A DNA stretch of 64,000 bases, from contig CM102284.1 in NCBI GenBank assembly GCA_046563655.1, positions 1,426,001-1,490,000 of the forward strand, in the 5' to 3' direction. This DNA is from Yuukianura sp. NJ FZ-2021. Taxonomy: Eukaryota. The position numbers and the translations under genes are program-made. Positions 1-13,605 of this stretch are shown piece by piece (within the stretch, counting starts at the first letter, position 1; every line of letters begins with the position of its first letter). A model generated the notes under the pieces. The model did not search any database and was not told the origin of the DNA. It worked only from the letters and a program-made list of their open reading frames with translations.

Positions 1-65
1 AAGCAATCATGATGAATAAACTAGTAAGACTTTCGAAAATAAAATTCGTTAGCAGAGAGACATAC

Positions 66-391
66 CGTAAAGCTCGCTTATTCAAATTATTATAATCCCA
101 AAGATAGACATGTTTGTCTGCTCCAGCAGTGGCTACTAATGGATCACTTGGATGATACACAACGGCATTAATCGTAGCACGGTGAGCTCGAAAGTGCCGA
201 AACAACTGCGGTGTAGGTTCCTTTCCACGACGATACAACTTCTGAACCAATTGAGCAGCTCGGAGGGCCTTTCCTGCGGCTACTTCCGAAGATGACCAAT
301 TGTGACCTACATTCTCTTTGGAATGACCTCCCTTGTTCACCTTTGACCTTGCGGATGCCGGCGGAAGCCTACCACTTGAAATTGCACTCAT
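66..391 (-). CDS. First coding exon of a WD40-repeat protein, POC1-like; gene continues beyond the left edge
   Basis: Manual translation MSAISSGR...PQLFRHFRAHRATINAVVYHPSDPLVATAGADKHVYLWDYNNLNKRALR is one WD40 blade resembling the first repeat of POC1; GT donor at 65-64. Not in the ORF track. Confidence 0.7.
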
Positions 392-2181
392 CCTGTTCCG
401 TTAGAGTACACGATAGGTCTTTCACAGAATCAATCTGGATTCTGGAAACAAATGACAACATAAGCGAGGGGAAAAGGGAAATACTAGTTTCAAATGGTTA
501 TAATGGATATAACTTCCGAATATAAGTTGTTAATTTAAGAATTACCAACCTGACAAACCAAAGTATGAGAAGAAACGTTTGACTTATCGCGTTCGCGACG
601 AATAGAGGCAAAGCAGAGACACAATTGAAGTTACGGTCAGACTCAAATCAATCACTCAATCAATCGTGAATGAAAAATACGAAAATCAAAGACGAAAAGA
701 CGAAATGAAAAAATGAAAGTATATCAACTTCAACACAGACAAAAGAAGGCAAAAAGTAAACAAATGGAAAAATTGAGTACGTTCAACCAAATTGCAATTC
801 ATGGTTTTGCAATACAAAATTCAAACCTGAAAAAAGTTGAAAAAAAAAAATAACCTTGCTTTTTTCAGTAAAGTTGACTTGCGGAAATTCTGCAGCTAAG
901 CTGACGACTTGGCTTGGGAGCTCAAGACTAGTAACTGGCTTTTTGAAAACTTTTAATTCAAATTTAATGATAATAATAAAATATTGCCACCCAACTGCTT
1001 CACCACAAAAGCTTTATGCCTACAAAGTGAAATAACTTAAGAAATAGAGTTTATCATGTTCATAAGATTTTAGTATTATATTTAATACTAAGCAATAGTA
1101 ATAGAATAGAATAGTTTAATAATTTTTTTCTGTTTTCAGTTTTCAAAATGGAAAGTCTATTTTGTAAAAGTCATGTTTCACATTTTTGTCACTGACAAAT
1201 GGCAAAACCCAATTTTATTTAATCCACTTTATTAGTACCGGAAAACTCCCGCGCGAGGGAAAAATCTTACAGCAGCGGGATCAAGAAATCGGGTTTTCTC
1301 AAAAATTACTTCAGCTTATTACGATGAACTTTTTAAAACAATAACGCGAATAGTTTTCAAACAAAATTGTGTTTGTGAGTGACCGTTTTTGTTGTTGCTA
1401 AGTCTTGTGTACTTTTTCATAGTGTACGACATGATTTGGAGCAGTTACTTACTATCACTTCACTACTTCCTGCACATATAAACTAAACAATTTTGTTCTT
1501 ATGATGATTTAGAATAGATCGAAGTATTCATTCGGTTCAAAAACGGCCCGAAACAACTTTAAAATCATGTGAAATTTTGAAATGTACCTTACATCAGTTT
1601 TTATCACATAGAAGAAAAAGAAACTTTAACAATACTGAATAACATTACTCAAGGCCAATGTTGCGATGTTAGTTTAGAAATCAGGTTATCGATTTCGGTA
1701 AATCTTAACTAACAAAGTGTTAATCTATGACAAAATCAAAATCCTAGTTCAGTTCAATAATTATTGTTTGATTTACTTCTTATGGGTTATATTATATTCT
1801 AGCAAACTGGCTTAAATGCAGGGCTAAACGGTCCTAAAATTTTCTGAATAATTAAGTATACTTAATTCTTCAGAAAAATTTTCAGTATTTCAGTATTTTC
1901 AGTTTTTGTATCGTACCTATATGCATGATATACAAGAAGTGTGATTATCATAGCAATTACAGCAGTACATGTTCCACTAAATACAGTTTTTGAAATTTTC
2001 AGGTACAATTAAACCGATTAAGATATGATCTGATAAGATGTTTGTTGGATAGTTATTTAGACAAAAGGTGTTATATAAAGAGATCTAACTGTGAAAATCT
2101 AATCTATCTGGAGTGTTAAGGGTTTGAGTGTTAACACACTTGTGTTAATGCATTCATGCCTACATAAAGTAAAGTGGAAAG

Positions 2182-3622
2182 ATGTCCGTAGAATACGATA
2201 TCCTTGTGCTACGAATGTTTCTACAATTTGTTTCAAAATATAGGCGAATCCTTGGATTATCTTACAAGAATGGACTTCTCCTCCCACAAAAATGTAACAA
2301 TTATACGCAAGCACTAACACATTGGACTGCGCTCTTGATCATGTCTGCCTATTTTATGTTTTATTTGTGGGAAATGACACACTCTAGCACCGAACGAAAA
2401 GTAATTTTGATCATTCTGAGCATAGATGCTTTCGAAGCATTTTTTTGTCGACTATCGATTTGGTTCTACAGTGACGAAATAATTTTTATCACTAACAACA
2501 TTCTCGGAATAAAACAAAGTCTTGGTAAATTAAAAATAATACTGAACTATACCATATACCAATGAATTCAGTTTAATTGGTACATTTTAAAAATTTGCAG
2601 GTGCTGTAGTTAGCAATGAGCAAATATCAACTAACAAAGTCCGTGGATTTCTGATTGCCTCCGTAATATCTGCAATTGAAATTTGTATATTGCTTCTTGC
2701 AATTCAGAAAGTGGTGATCTATGTTCCCGCTGCAAATTCCGCAGTTACATCCATTGCGGTAATTACTGGAGTGGTTTTCTGGATGCTAATTTTTATACAT
2801 GATGCAGGTCTCCTCTGTTTACTTACCATCACTTCGCTACTCAGCTTTACGTTTTGGCTAAAGAAGTGTTGGTAATAACTTATTCAAATTCCAAAAGTAT
2901 ATAATTAACAGACCTGCCAAAAATATTGACTAAAAACAAGCAAAATATTTAAATATCTACAATATTTACTGAAAAGTTCGAATAATTTACGAAGTTAACA
3001 TTAAATAGAAAAAATATTTCGTACCAAAAATGCACGAAATGTTGTTTTGTTAACATTACAGGCATGGGGACTAAATATTTTTGGCTGGCCTGATAATTAA
3101 ATACAAATGTTATAATATATAAAAATGGTGTACAGTTTGGCTAAAAATGGATTGCCATACGAGACACGATGCTACATCTACCGCTGCATGTCCATTCTGA
3201 ACACAACACACAACGTAGCTTTCGGAACTTTTTTCGTGCCCGCCGTAAAGCTGGGAGCGGTTCTACTTCTTCTTTCGTCCGTTTGCTGCCTACTACGCTT
3301 GCGCCAATCGCTTTCAACTGTAATTGTAACTTTTGCTGCTATGTACTTTATCACTATCTCTTTGGTTATCGTGTTCGGTGCAGTTACAATGTCCAGCGCG
3401 TACAAAATTTCCAAACATTTTGTTCCAAATTTACTTGAAACTGTTATGATGGACAAGAGTATTCGGAGCGAGAAACGACGCGAAATCGGAACAAATTTGA
3501 AATCCTTTCAAGTTTTGAAGTGCACCGTGGGTAAATTTTACCACATGGAAGAAAGAGCAAAGTTAACTCTTGTCGATAACATTGTCCAAGGCATAGCATT
3601 TGTGCTGATTGCACTTAAGTAG
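2182..3622 (+). CDS. Multi-pass membrane chemoreceptor-like protein (GR/OR-like 7TM ion-channel superfamily, divergent), ~366 aa
   Basis: Exons 2182-2524, 2601-2871, 3136-3622 join in frame (1101 nt) with GT-AG introns of phase 1 and 2, the same phases as the three paralogs below; many hydrophobic helices; C-terminal LKCTVGKFY...LTLVDNIV motif. Confidence 0.6.
2909..3092. mobile_element. 184-bp hAT-like MITE in intron 2
   Basis: TIRs cagacctgccaaaaatatt / aatatttttggctggcctg; perfect 8-bp TSD ataattaa at 2901-2908 and 3093-3100. Confidence 0.85.
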
Positions 3623-4203
3623 TACTTATACTTATACTTAATTGAATTTTTCAAATGAATCTAAAAGCATCGGGCTACAAAAATCCAAAAACTTTGAAAA
3701 ATTTTCCTAATGGCAACTCTTATGGTTCAGAAAGTTATGAATAATCTGTGCCACTTAAAAGCGACTACTGGCGTTAATAAAAAAATAAGTAAAAAAAAAA
3801 AACCTTAAATTGGTTCATGTGAAAAAGCATGGAAATACAATCAGGGGAAAGAAATAATATGAATAAATTATTTCTTAAAGTAGGAATCTGTGTAAAATAA
3901 AATAAAATGGGAGTTGTATGTTATTTTTTTTCTGTTATGGTTTTTGGAACCTATTTCATTATTGAGGCACTTTGCTTGTTTTAACCCATTAAACCGATAG
4001 AATTTTAAAAAAAAGTGTTTGGTGTTGACTTACTTCTAAAAAAAGTTTGAATTTTAAGTTTCAGTTTTAAGTTTAAGGCTTTGATTGTTTGATCTTTCAC
4101 CAACAAAACGTCTTGGCTCACTCAGCAATAAAATTTCTTGAAGTGGTAACAGTTGCTGTAAAACTTAGAGGGTACAATAAAATTGAATTCGAAAAACATC
4201 AAA

Positions 4204-5907
4204 ATGATTTCAAAAGAAACGCTACGCGCTTTACGTATCGCCACTAAATTCTGGTGCTGGTTCAAGTTATGTCCTTTTCGACCTACAAAATATGCGGATG
4301 TATTTGAAAAACAAAAGCTACTTTTCACCATTGGAACCAAACGAATTTATTTTTGGGAAGCATACATGTGTCTCTGCATCTTCATTCACACCCTCGCTCT
4401 CAGTTCCTTCATTTGGGTATTACTTATGACGGTAATGGAGCCTTCGGAAGTGATTTTCACTTTGCTCCTGGGTGTCGTGGCAGTACTCATCATTTCCGTC
4501 GAATTGCTGTACGTCACTAGATACGACTACTCTTTGGCGTACTTCAATGCCCTTTTGCTTCTCAACAAAAAATTAGGTAAACAGTAAGCACAAATTAAGA
4601 AAAAACAAACGGGTATAACTTTGAAGTATCGGTGGATATCCACTTTTTCGACGACACGACTTGATATCCAGTGGAAGAAATGGACGAAATGGATGATTCG
4701 AAAGGGGCAGAGCGTTGCCCTTCGGGTTTGAATAATTTGAAAATAAAGAATTGTAATCAGAAACTTTAGAGGGACAACCGGAAATTGTGCTAAAGTAAGT
4801 TCTAATAGCAAAACCAATCGAGCAAAACCAGTTTAACTAGTTAATTAAAGTATGTAATAGCATTTAATTTCAATTTATTTGAAATTTGTGCTGAGTTTTT
4901 AAACACAGTCAATTTCTTCCAATAGATATCCAGCGGAAGTGGCAATAATTATAGGCCACTGGACATCTACGAATCCAGCAATACTGATAACTTCGCTATA
5001 ATTTTGTTGACGAACTAACTCAAGTTTATTCGTAGAATCCGAATCAAATGAAATTTGGTTTTTTAGACAACATTTTTGAGAAAAACCGGATCGAGCGTGA
5101 TGGACTCGAAGCTGTTGCGTGGCTGGTCGTCATAGTGCCGCCATTTTCATGTCTGTCATTTGGACCCGGGTATTATATGCTGCTCCAAGGAAACTGGAAA
5201 ATCATGACCGTTCCTAACTACTTTCGACCGTATTTTTGGCAATTTGATCTCTTAACAAGCATTGGATTTGGATTGGGATGTTCCACAAGTTGGTTCTATT
5301 TGATGCTCTTCTTTCTAGAAGTCCTCATCGACATCAACTCCGTGAGCAAGTGGATGACCTATCAAAACCAATGGTATGCTCGTTTGAAATTTTTTGTTTT
5401 TTGCTCATTCAATTTTGAAAAAAAAAATTGAATTGAAGGATTGCAAATGGGAAGCTATGCAGTGACAAAGTTTGGTCAGTCCAAATTGCATATCGTGCTC
5501 AGCAAATATTTCACTCTGTCTCCAACGATATTGTGTACTACGTGCTACCGATGGCGGTGAGCTGCGCAGCAGCAATCATGATTGGTTCCTGTTTCTGTGC
5601 AGTTCGCTTCAGTGCAGGAATGTCATTTCCAGCTTTAGTGAGTATAATTTCTCTGGGTGGAGCTTCATTTTTCTTCTGCTGCAAAATTTATCCACTGGCT
5701 GTGAAACATACCGAATCCTCGGAAGACTTTCCAAGGATTTACCGGCAGTTTGGAAATCCCGGGAAATCGACGCTCAAATTTCTGCGCTCATGTCGACCAT
5801 TGCGCTGGGAAGTGGGCAGTGCTTACGCAGTAAAACAGAGCACGTTCATTACACTGCTGAACGACACTGTAGTTGCAAACATCATCAACTTACTACTCAC
5901 ATTTTAA
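4204..5907 (+). CDS. Chemoreceptor-like multi-TM protein, paralog A (~382 aa)
   Basis: Exons 4204-4576, 5067-5373, 5439-5907 in frame; MISKETLR... to ...CRPLRWEVGSAYAVKQSTFITLLNDTVVANIINLLLTF. Confidence 0.7.
4630..4986. mobile_element. Degenerate DNA-transposon/MITE remnant in intron 1
   Basis: 4633-4735 (tggatatcca...aagaaatggacgaa...gggtttgaa) matches ~26420-26520; right end atccagcaatactg is near the reverse complement of cagtgttgctggat at 26412; the block is absent from the equivalent intron of paralog C. Confidence 0.55.
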
Positions 5908-7105
5908 ATATCATAGTAGAACGCAACACTACGCTTGTGAACCAATTTTACCAAAAATTTAGGTTCGTACCAATTCTTTTTGCATAGCTTAAAATGTGAC
6001 TATGGAAAACTCCGAAATATCAATTGCGTCAAATTTTGCACTGGAAACTTTAAATAATATTCAACAAATGGCTGGATTTTTCTATTTTCTTCGTTTAGAA
6101 TTTTGTGACTTATTTGTTTCTTGATTTTAGTGTTCAAGTAGCAACAATCTAACCAACTCACTTTTTTTTTTATATTTTCCATGGATACAATGGGTAGGTT
6201 CAACTACATCGGCGCAACAATTTCCACTGGTGAGTACAGCCTGGTCGCCGAAGTTTACTTCGACCGATTTTTCAATGTGTGAGGTATTCCTGGCATCGGT
6301 TTTTCCTGGCGGCCGTTTTTGCCTAGCGGCGATTATTGTGGCAGCGGTTTTTGGTTTGGCAGTTTATGACATGGAACCCTTAATACACATAATGGCTAGT
6401 TGGATATAATTATATAAACTTAATTAAGGTTGTCAGGTAAGAATAATCTCCTTTTCATTTTCTAGAAATAATTTAGTTACGTTAAGTAAGGACTTTAGCT
6501 TTTATAAGTAGTTAAAGAGATAAAGCCACAAATATCCGAGAACCTTGGAAAATTTTCCTAATACCGCTTCCTTGCTCAGAAAGTTATTAATAAATTGCGT
6601 CACTTAGAAGCGAGTAATGGTACGTGTCAATACAAAAATAGTTTAAATAATTCATGTAAGAGCCATGCATCGAAATACAATTAGCGGGAAAGGATATTTT
6701 GAAAATTTATGTACGAAACCAAATTGGGATTCGTTTAAACTAATAAAACAAAAACTGGATTTTTGAAATATTCGACTATTTGCGTAACGCCCAGTTCGAA
6801 CTTTGCTAACTTTCTTCGTTTTTCATCAACCAAGCTACTAGAATTCTTTCAAAAGTGCTTAGGAAAGTTAAAGTACTCAAAAATTTGAATTTTCGTAACA
6901 CGATTTTGAGTTGTATTCTTTTGGATTGTAAATTTGTTAAAGAACCGCAATATCTTTTGTACAATACACATCGCAAAGGTTTTTTTTTACAATATTTCAT
7001 CCCCAAACTGCTCAAAAAACAGCAACATCTCTTGCCGTTGCACCGAGCGGCTCAGGTTTAAAACTCGGTTTAAAACAATAAAATCGATTTTGAAAGAAAA
7101 TCAAA

Positions 7106-8959
7106 ATGATTTCAAAAGAAACACTACGGGGCTTGAGAGCGGCCACTAAATTCTGGTGCTTATTCATGTTGTGTCCCTTTCAACCGTCAAAAAATGCGGA
7201 AGTTTTTGAAAAACCAAAGCCACTGGTCACCTTTGGAAAGAAAAAATTTTATCTTTGGCAAGCAGCTATGGGACTCAGCATCATCGTTCATGGCACGGCT
7301 GTCATTTCCTTCATGTGGATATTACTTACGACGGTAACTGATCCACCGGAAGTAATTTTCACGCTGCTCCTTTGTGTACTGGCAATACTCGTCATCTGCA
7401 TTGAAATGCTGTACCTCACCAGATACGACTACATTCTCTCATACGTCAATGGTCTTTTGCTTCTCAATAAAGCATTACGTAAGCAATAAACCGTTGTAAA
7501 CGCCGTAAAATAAGTAACAAATTAAAAACGCAGTGCACAACTCGGATGCCGGCCAACCATGAAACGGGTACACCCCAGGCCATATAAAGTCCATCTGTGA
7601 AGGCAGATTGAAAATATGGCCATTGGTTCCGGAGTTATAGACGCGCGTAGCATGAGCGACGCCATTTTGAAAATTGTAACGTCTATAGCTCAAAACCTCT
7701 CGGTCGAAGGTCAAGGTCACCTACACAAAAGGTGTTTATGTTAATGGGATGAAAAAGTTTTGTAGAGGTCATTTTTCCGATTTCCGCCACAACAGCACTT
7801 GACCTTGACATTTGACAAGGAAGTTGTGCACTTCCGGTCAAGCCCAAAACCGATAAGGCACTTATAACCAACGTTTAGTACCAACTGTGAAGACAGAAAA
7901 TCGGTCCAGTTGTTCTTGAGTTATAAACAGACGGACAGTCGGACGGACGGACAGGCAGACAGACAGACACGGGCAAAACCATAAAGTAGCGAATAAATTT
8001 GTTATTTTATAAGCACAAATTTAAAAGAAACACAAAACTAGCATCATGTAAATGAAAATATTTAATGCAAAACTGAATCGAATATATCCACCGCATCAGA
8101 AACACCTACTTTTGTTGCTCTTTTTAGACTACATGTTTGAAAAAAGCCCGATAGAGCGTGATGGACTTGAAGCAGTTGCGTGGCTCGTGGTCGTGGCACC
8201 GCCGTTGTCATCTCTGCCACTCGGAGCGGGGTATTATATGCTGCTCCAAGGAAACTGGAACCTTATGGCCGTTCCAAATTACCTTCGACCTTACATTTGG
8301 GAATTTGATCTCCTCACAAGCATTGCATTTGGGCTCGGATGTTCCACAAGTTGCTTGTATTTGCTGCTGTTCGCTCTCCAAATTCTCATCGACGTCAACT
8401 CTGTGAGCAAGTGGATGAACTACCAAAATCAATGGTAAGCTGGTTACAATTGTTTTCCTTTTTTTTATTTTTAACAAAAACGAATTGAAGGATTGCAGAT
8501 GGGAAGCTACGCAGTGGCAAAGTTTGGTCAGTCCAAATTGCATACCGAGCTCAGCAGATTTTTCACTCTGTCTCGAACGACATTGTATTCTACCTGCTGC
8601 CGGTCGCCGTGAGCTGCGCAGCAGCAATCATGACTGCTTCCTGCTTCTGCGCAGTCCGCTTCGGCTCAGGAATGACATCACCAGCTCTAGTGTGTATAAT
8701 TTTGATTTCTGGAACTGAATTCTTCTTTAACTGGAAAATATTCGCACGGGCAGCGAAACACACGGAATCCTCGGAAGACTTTCCAAGGATTTATCGGGAG
8801 TCTGGAAATCCCGAGGAATCGACGCTCAAATTTCTCAAGTCATGTCGACCATTACGTTGGGAAGTCGGGAGTGCTTACGCAATCAAACAAAGCACGTTCA
8901 TTACACTGCTGAGCGACACTGTAATTGCAAACATCATCAACTTACTACTTGCATTCTGA
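7106..8959 (+). CDS. Chemoreceptor-like multi-TM protein, paralog B (~382 aa)
   Basis: Exons 7106-7478, 8128-8434, 8491-8959; exon lengths 373/307/469 identical to paralog A. Confidence 0.7.
7515..8004. mobile_element. Non-autonomous insertion with (GACA/GACG)n microsatellite, DINE-1/Helentron-like
   Basis: Paralog-specific intron insertion bounded by taacaaatt / aatttgtta inverted repeat; acagacggacag...gacagacagacac tract at ~7928-7969. Confidence 0.5.
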
Positions 8960-10261
8960 ATGTCACATGGATGCGGATGGATGGATGAAATTTCAAGAAA
9001 AAAAATTCAAAATTTAGAAGCAAATGCCGCCCTATTAATAAAATCTAACATTTCAATCATAACGTTCATGCTGATCTGAATTCTGAAATCAAAATAGAAG
9101 TTAAGCACGTTGTACACAAAAAAAGAAAAGAATAAATTTAAAATCAAAGCAAAATTACTAACTACAATTTTGTTGACTTGTGTTTGAGGGTTCGAGCTTT
9201 GAAATTCTTAACAATTTTAGCATAACACTAAAAAAACAAAGTCAAAATATTTGCGAATCAAAATTCCAAAGCTTAGGACTGTCTTATTACAAATTTTACG
9301 GTACACAGTTTAATCATGACTCCAAATTAATAGGTTGTGCCATTCAGTCCAGGCTGTTCTGCCACTCTCCAAACTCCCACTCCCTCCCACGCCTTAAGCC
9401 TTATTGCAGAATCCATCAAAAAAAAAAACGAAAGAGCGCATGGAACTGGGGTTAATGGTCTTGCAAATTTCACGCTTCTTTCTATTCAACTTCTTTTCAA
9501 AAGATCCATACGTGCGGTGGCATATTTAACACTTGAAAAGAAAAATTGAAATTCAACAGAAGTGAAAAACACTTTTCATGTGTCCAGACTTCCGACTTTT
9601 CAATTGTTACATTCTTTGGTTATTTAAATTTAATTACTCAATTGCGTCTACTTTTTGCGTGTGCAACTTTGTAAACAAAAACAGCCAGTGACGCGTGTCC
9701 TTTTTTCAAAAAATCTTCACACAGAAGTGTCAAAAATCATCGAAAAACGAAGTGACAAATTCGGACCAAGTTCAGTTTCTGTGCGCAAAGTGTCTTTTTT
9801 GGGTTTGTGCAAAAGTTGAACTTTTGCCAAAAAGTGTCTTTTGGGCTTTGCCAATTTTTTGCACAATATAGTTTAGGAAGGACGCTTGACTGGAACAGGA
9901 ACGAAAGAAGAGTTGAGCGATAGGAGGAAGAGGTGTTAAGATTAAGTTTGAAAACCACAAACAGAGATAAGGGCTAAGGACAAATCTCACTTTTAGTGTC
10001 ACTTTTCATTCACTTTTTAGCAAAAGTTTTACAAGGAAAATTTTTTTTAGTTAACTAGAAGTTAACCAAATTATCTCTGTTTAGCTCGTTAGTTTAGGTT
10101 AGGTAGTTAGTAGTTTGGTTTCAAACTTTTCGTGAAGTGTTTGCAAAAAGTGATTCCATTTACAAACATTCAGGTCATCTGCAAGGTTACCACAAAATAA
10201 GTGTAAAAGTGGGAGGTCAAGCTGAGGTCAAGTGAAAAGCTTGAAAAGCTAGAAACTGAAA

Positions 10262-12944
10262 ATGCTTCACAAAAAAAGCTGGTTTGACATTTTCAAAAAA
10301 TTGATTTTCCCTGTTCTGTTTGTCTTCCTAACCACAAACACCGGAAAGGTTACAGCATCGGTTACACTGGAAAACGGATTTGTAATGTTGAAAACACGGG
10401 AATCTGGAACATTTGTCGGAAGTAAAGAAGATTTTAACCTGGGCATGCGCAGTGACACGACGCAGATTGGCACAGGAACTAACGCAACTAAATCGTACTA
10501 CGCGTTTAGAGGTATTCCATATGCTAAGCCTCCTATTGGTCCGTTGCGTTGGAAGGTAAATTGGCTCTGAAATTAAAAAAATACATTTAAAAAATAAAAA
10601 TGTCTAATCACCAGGGTTGTCAAAAATAGTAGAAACGCTTACAATATTGACAAAAAAGTTTTTTTTTAAATTGGACAAAGATATACTTTGATTAACATTA
10701 AGGGTATGGGCAATAAATAAATATGTATCAATTAAAAAGCGAAAAATATTTTATTAACATTACGTGCATGGAGACTAAATATTTTTGACATTCCTGATAA
10801 TCAAGGTCATGTGACTTGTACGCAGGATCCTGAAGCACCCGATATCACTTCAGGTCCAAAAGACGCCACCAAATTCAAATCAAAATGTCCTCAGTGGGAC
10901 GCCGTCACGGCTCAGCCAATCGGAAATCCGGACTGCCTTTACCTCAATATCTTCACGCCTCGACTACATTGTAAGTACATTTCAAAAAATTAACTTGCAA
11001 AACAACTATCACCATTTTCGCACACTTTCAAATTTGAATGTGAAAATTTTGAAGTTTGAGTTCCTTTTTATTTAAAGTCAGCATAGGTCGAGGTCAAGGT
11101 CAAGAACAGTCACCTTATGACGATGACCCCAGACACGCTGTTCGGCTGCTACCAGTTCTAGTTTATGTCCACTCCAGTGACTATATCAAAAACTCCGGAG
11201 ATATTGTCCACTATGATCAATTTCTCGAAGAAAATGTCCTTCTCGTCACGTTCAACTTCCGTCTCGGGGTGTTCGGTTTTCTAAGTTCCGGGGATTCTGA
11301 GTTACCCGGGAATTATGGCCTCTTGGACCAAATATTCTGTCTGAAGTGGATTCGCAAAAATATACATCGGTTTGGCGGTGACCCCAACCGTGTCACGGTA
11401 TTCGGAGAAGTCAGTGCGCTCATGATGTCGTCTTTGACCTCTGACCTCTTCCAAGGCCTCATCTTGTTCCAATCTCCTGCGTCTATTTTCGAATCTCCCG
11501 CCAATCGTCTGGGGTCAAGGTCACGTGATTTCTACAATCAGCTTTTGAACTCCACTGGATGTTCCGCAAGAGCAACTCAAACTGAAATTCTAGACTGTCT
11601 ACATATCAAACCAGTAGAGGAACTTATAGGAAGTCAAACGGAAATTTTAAAAAATGAAAATTTCCCGGGCATTTTTGGACCGATCGAACAGCCAGAAGTG
11701 TTGCCTGAAATTCCAAGTGACCTTGAGAGGTCAACGACCTTGATCAATGGAACTGTTCCGATGATGATTGGAGTTGACGCAGTGGAGGGATTTGGCGCGT
11801 TTTTCAACTTTTACAACAAGCATTTCAAAAACAAAAATGTGGCGGACATGGATGAGAATCAACTCAAAATGTATTTGAAAAATACGCTAAGTTCAAAATT
11901 TCCAAGAATCTCCCGCCGAGCTGTGGATGAAATCTTCCAATTTTATTTTCAAAATTCAACTTCAATTGAGAAAACGTTTCTAAAGGTATACAGATAAAAA
12001 AAAAGAATATAGAACAAAAAAAAATTTATATAGAAAAAGATTTTTTTTTTGTTCAGAATTTTAGCTTCTTATGTTTTTCAGCTATTCGGAGACGTTGATG
12101 TTTACAATGCCAACTGGGATTTGGCACAAGTACTGTCAAAACGAGAAGCTGTCACTTTTTGTTACTTGTTTGAACACAACTTGGACAAGGTTGAGCAGTT
12201 TTTGAAAAGTGGGTCAGTCGATCGAGGCCACCTTCCGTGGGAAGAAGAGTACTTCCTGTTCAAAAACTTCAAAACTCAAAACCAATCGGATTCAAATCTA
12301 GATCCCGCCGATTTGAAAATGTCCAAACTCCTAGTCAAAATTTTGACATCATTTGCAGCTTACAGGTTATACACATTCATCTTGTTACACCGAGCACCAA
12401 AAAATGCACAAACGTTTAATGTTTTTTTTTCATACTTTTTGTTTTCATTTTTGTAATTTTTTTTAGAACTCCCAAAAGTGCAATATCCAAAGAGAAAGGT
12501 TTTGGAAAGTGGACTCCGTTGACAGCAGAATCGTCGGCATACTTCCATTTGATGATGGAAGGCTCGAAAATGGAATCAGTTTTTGGGCAAAAAGTAACTA
12601 AGATTTAACTAACTATAGATAAGAATTTTTATTTCAGGGGAGACTTTGTTTGATTTTGAAAATTTTGATTTTAGGAGGCAGAATTTTGGAAAATGGTCCT
12701 CTTAAAAGAGGATCCAGAAGACTTCCGGCCCGTAGACGTTCCAAACGTCCATGTCAAACCGAGTGACACGGAAGTAAGCGCGAAATCTGATTTGGCTCCA
12801 GACGGAAATCGTGAAAGCATATCATCTGAGGATAAACCTAACACTAATTCTTCCTCATCTTCTTCTTCTTTTCACTATTCTTTCTCTTTTTTCAATTACT
12901 TAATTATCACTTCGATTTATGTAGTTGGAAGACCTAAATTGTAA
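10262..12944 (+). CDS. Type-B carboxylesterase/cholinesterase-fold protein, probably non-catalytic
   Basis: Signal-like N-terminus; FRGIPYAKPPIGPLRW, DCLYLNIFTP, NFRLGVFGFLS, GNYGLLDQ, FGGDPNRVTVFGE motifs over ~6 exons; GxSxG and HGG motifs absent. Confidence 0.85.
10612..10796. mobile_element. 185-bp hAT-like MITE, same family as 2909-3092
   Basis: TIRs cagggttgtcaaaaata / tatttttgacattcctg; shared internal ttaacattac..gcatgg.gactaaatattttt; imperfect 8-bp TSD ctaatcac / ataatcaa. Confidence 0.75.
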
Positions 12945-13605
12945 AAAAGCAACAAGAGAATATCAAAAAATATCATTGATTTGCAAACTCGTACTTTGCA
13001 GATAAACACAAAATAAATACTGCACGAATGCATTTAGCTCAATACCAACCAATCCCCAAAGTGCTACACTCGTAACTGATTATGTTACAACTAAACTAGT
13101 TAATATAATATTGATGAGTTAGTTAGTTTTATAATATTATTAAGTTTTACCGTCATATAATCTGACTTTCAACGCAGAATTTCGTTACGATACGATGCAA
13201 TAGACGCCGTGTCTCATTCTCATCACATGATCACATCAAAGAAAAAGGCGCGAATTTTTTTTTCAAATTTATTGCAAGTTCATTGATATTTCAAAATCAT
13301 ATGGTGGTTCTTTCTTGTTTCTCGTTCTTTGGGTTTTGGTTTTAACATTTTCTTACGTTTTGGTTTTAACAACGTTAATTAACTGTTTACAAGTACAATT
13401 TAATTAAAACTTCATCAGAAACCGGACGAGAAGAATTAATACTGAGTCTGTATGTCAGTGAAGAGGTTGCTGAACAAGTTCTGGAATTTTGAAGTAAGAA
13501 AGAATAATAAATCAAATTCGTTGATAAACTTATCGAAGTTACCAGGGCAACACTGAATCTTGTTTGTAATGTTTTCAGGACGTTGTTTTTTCGTCGAGAA
13601 GGAAC

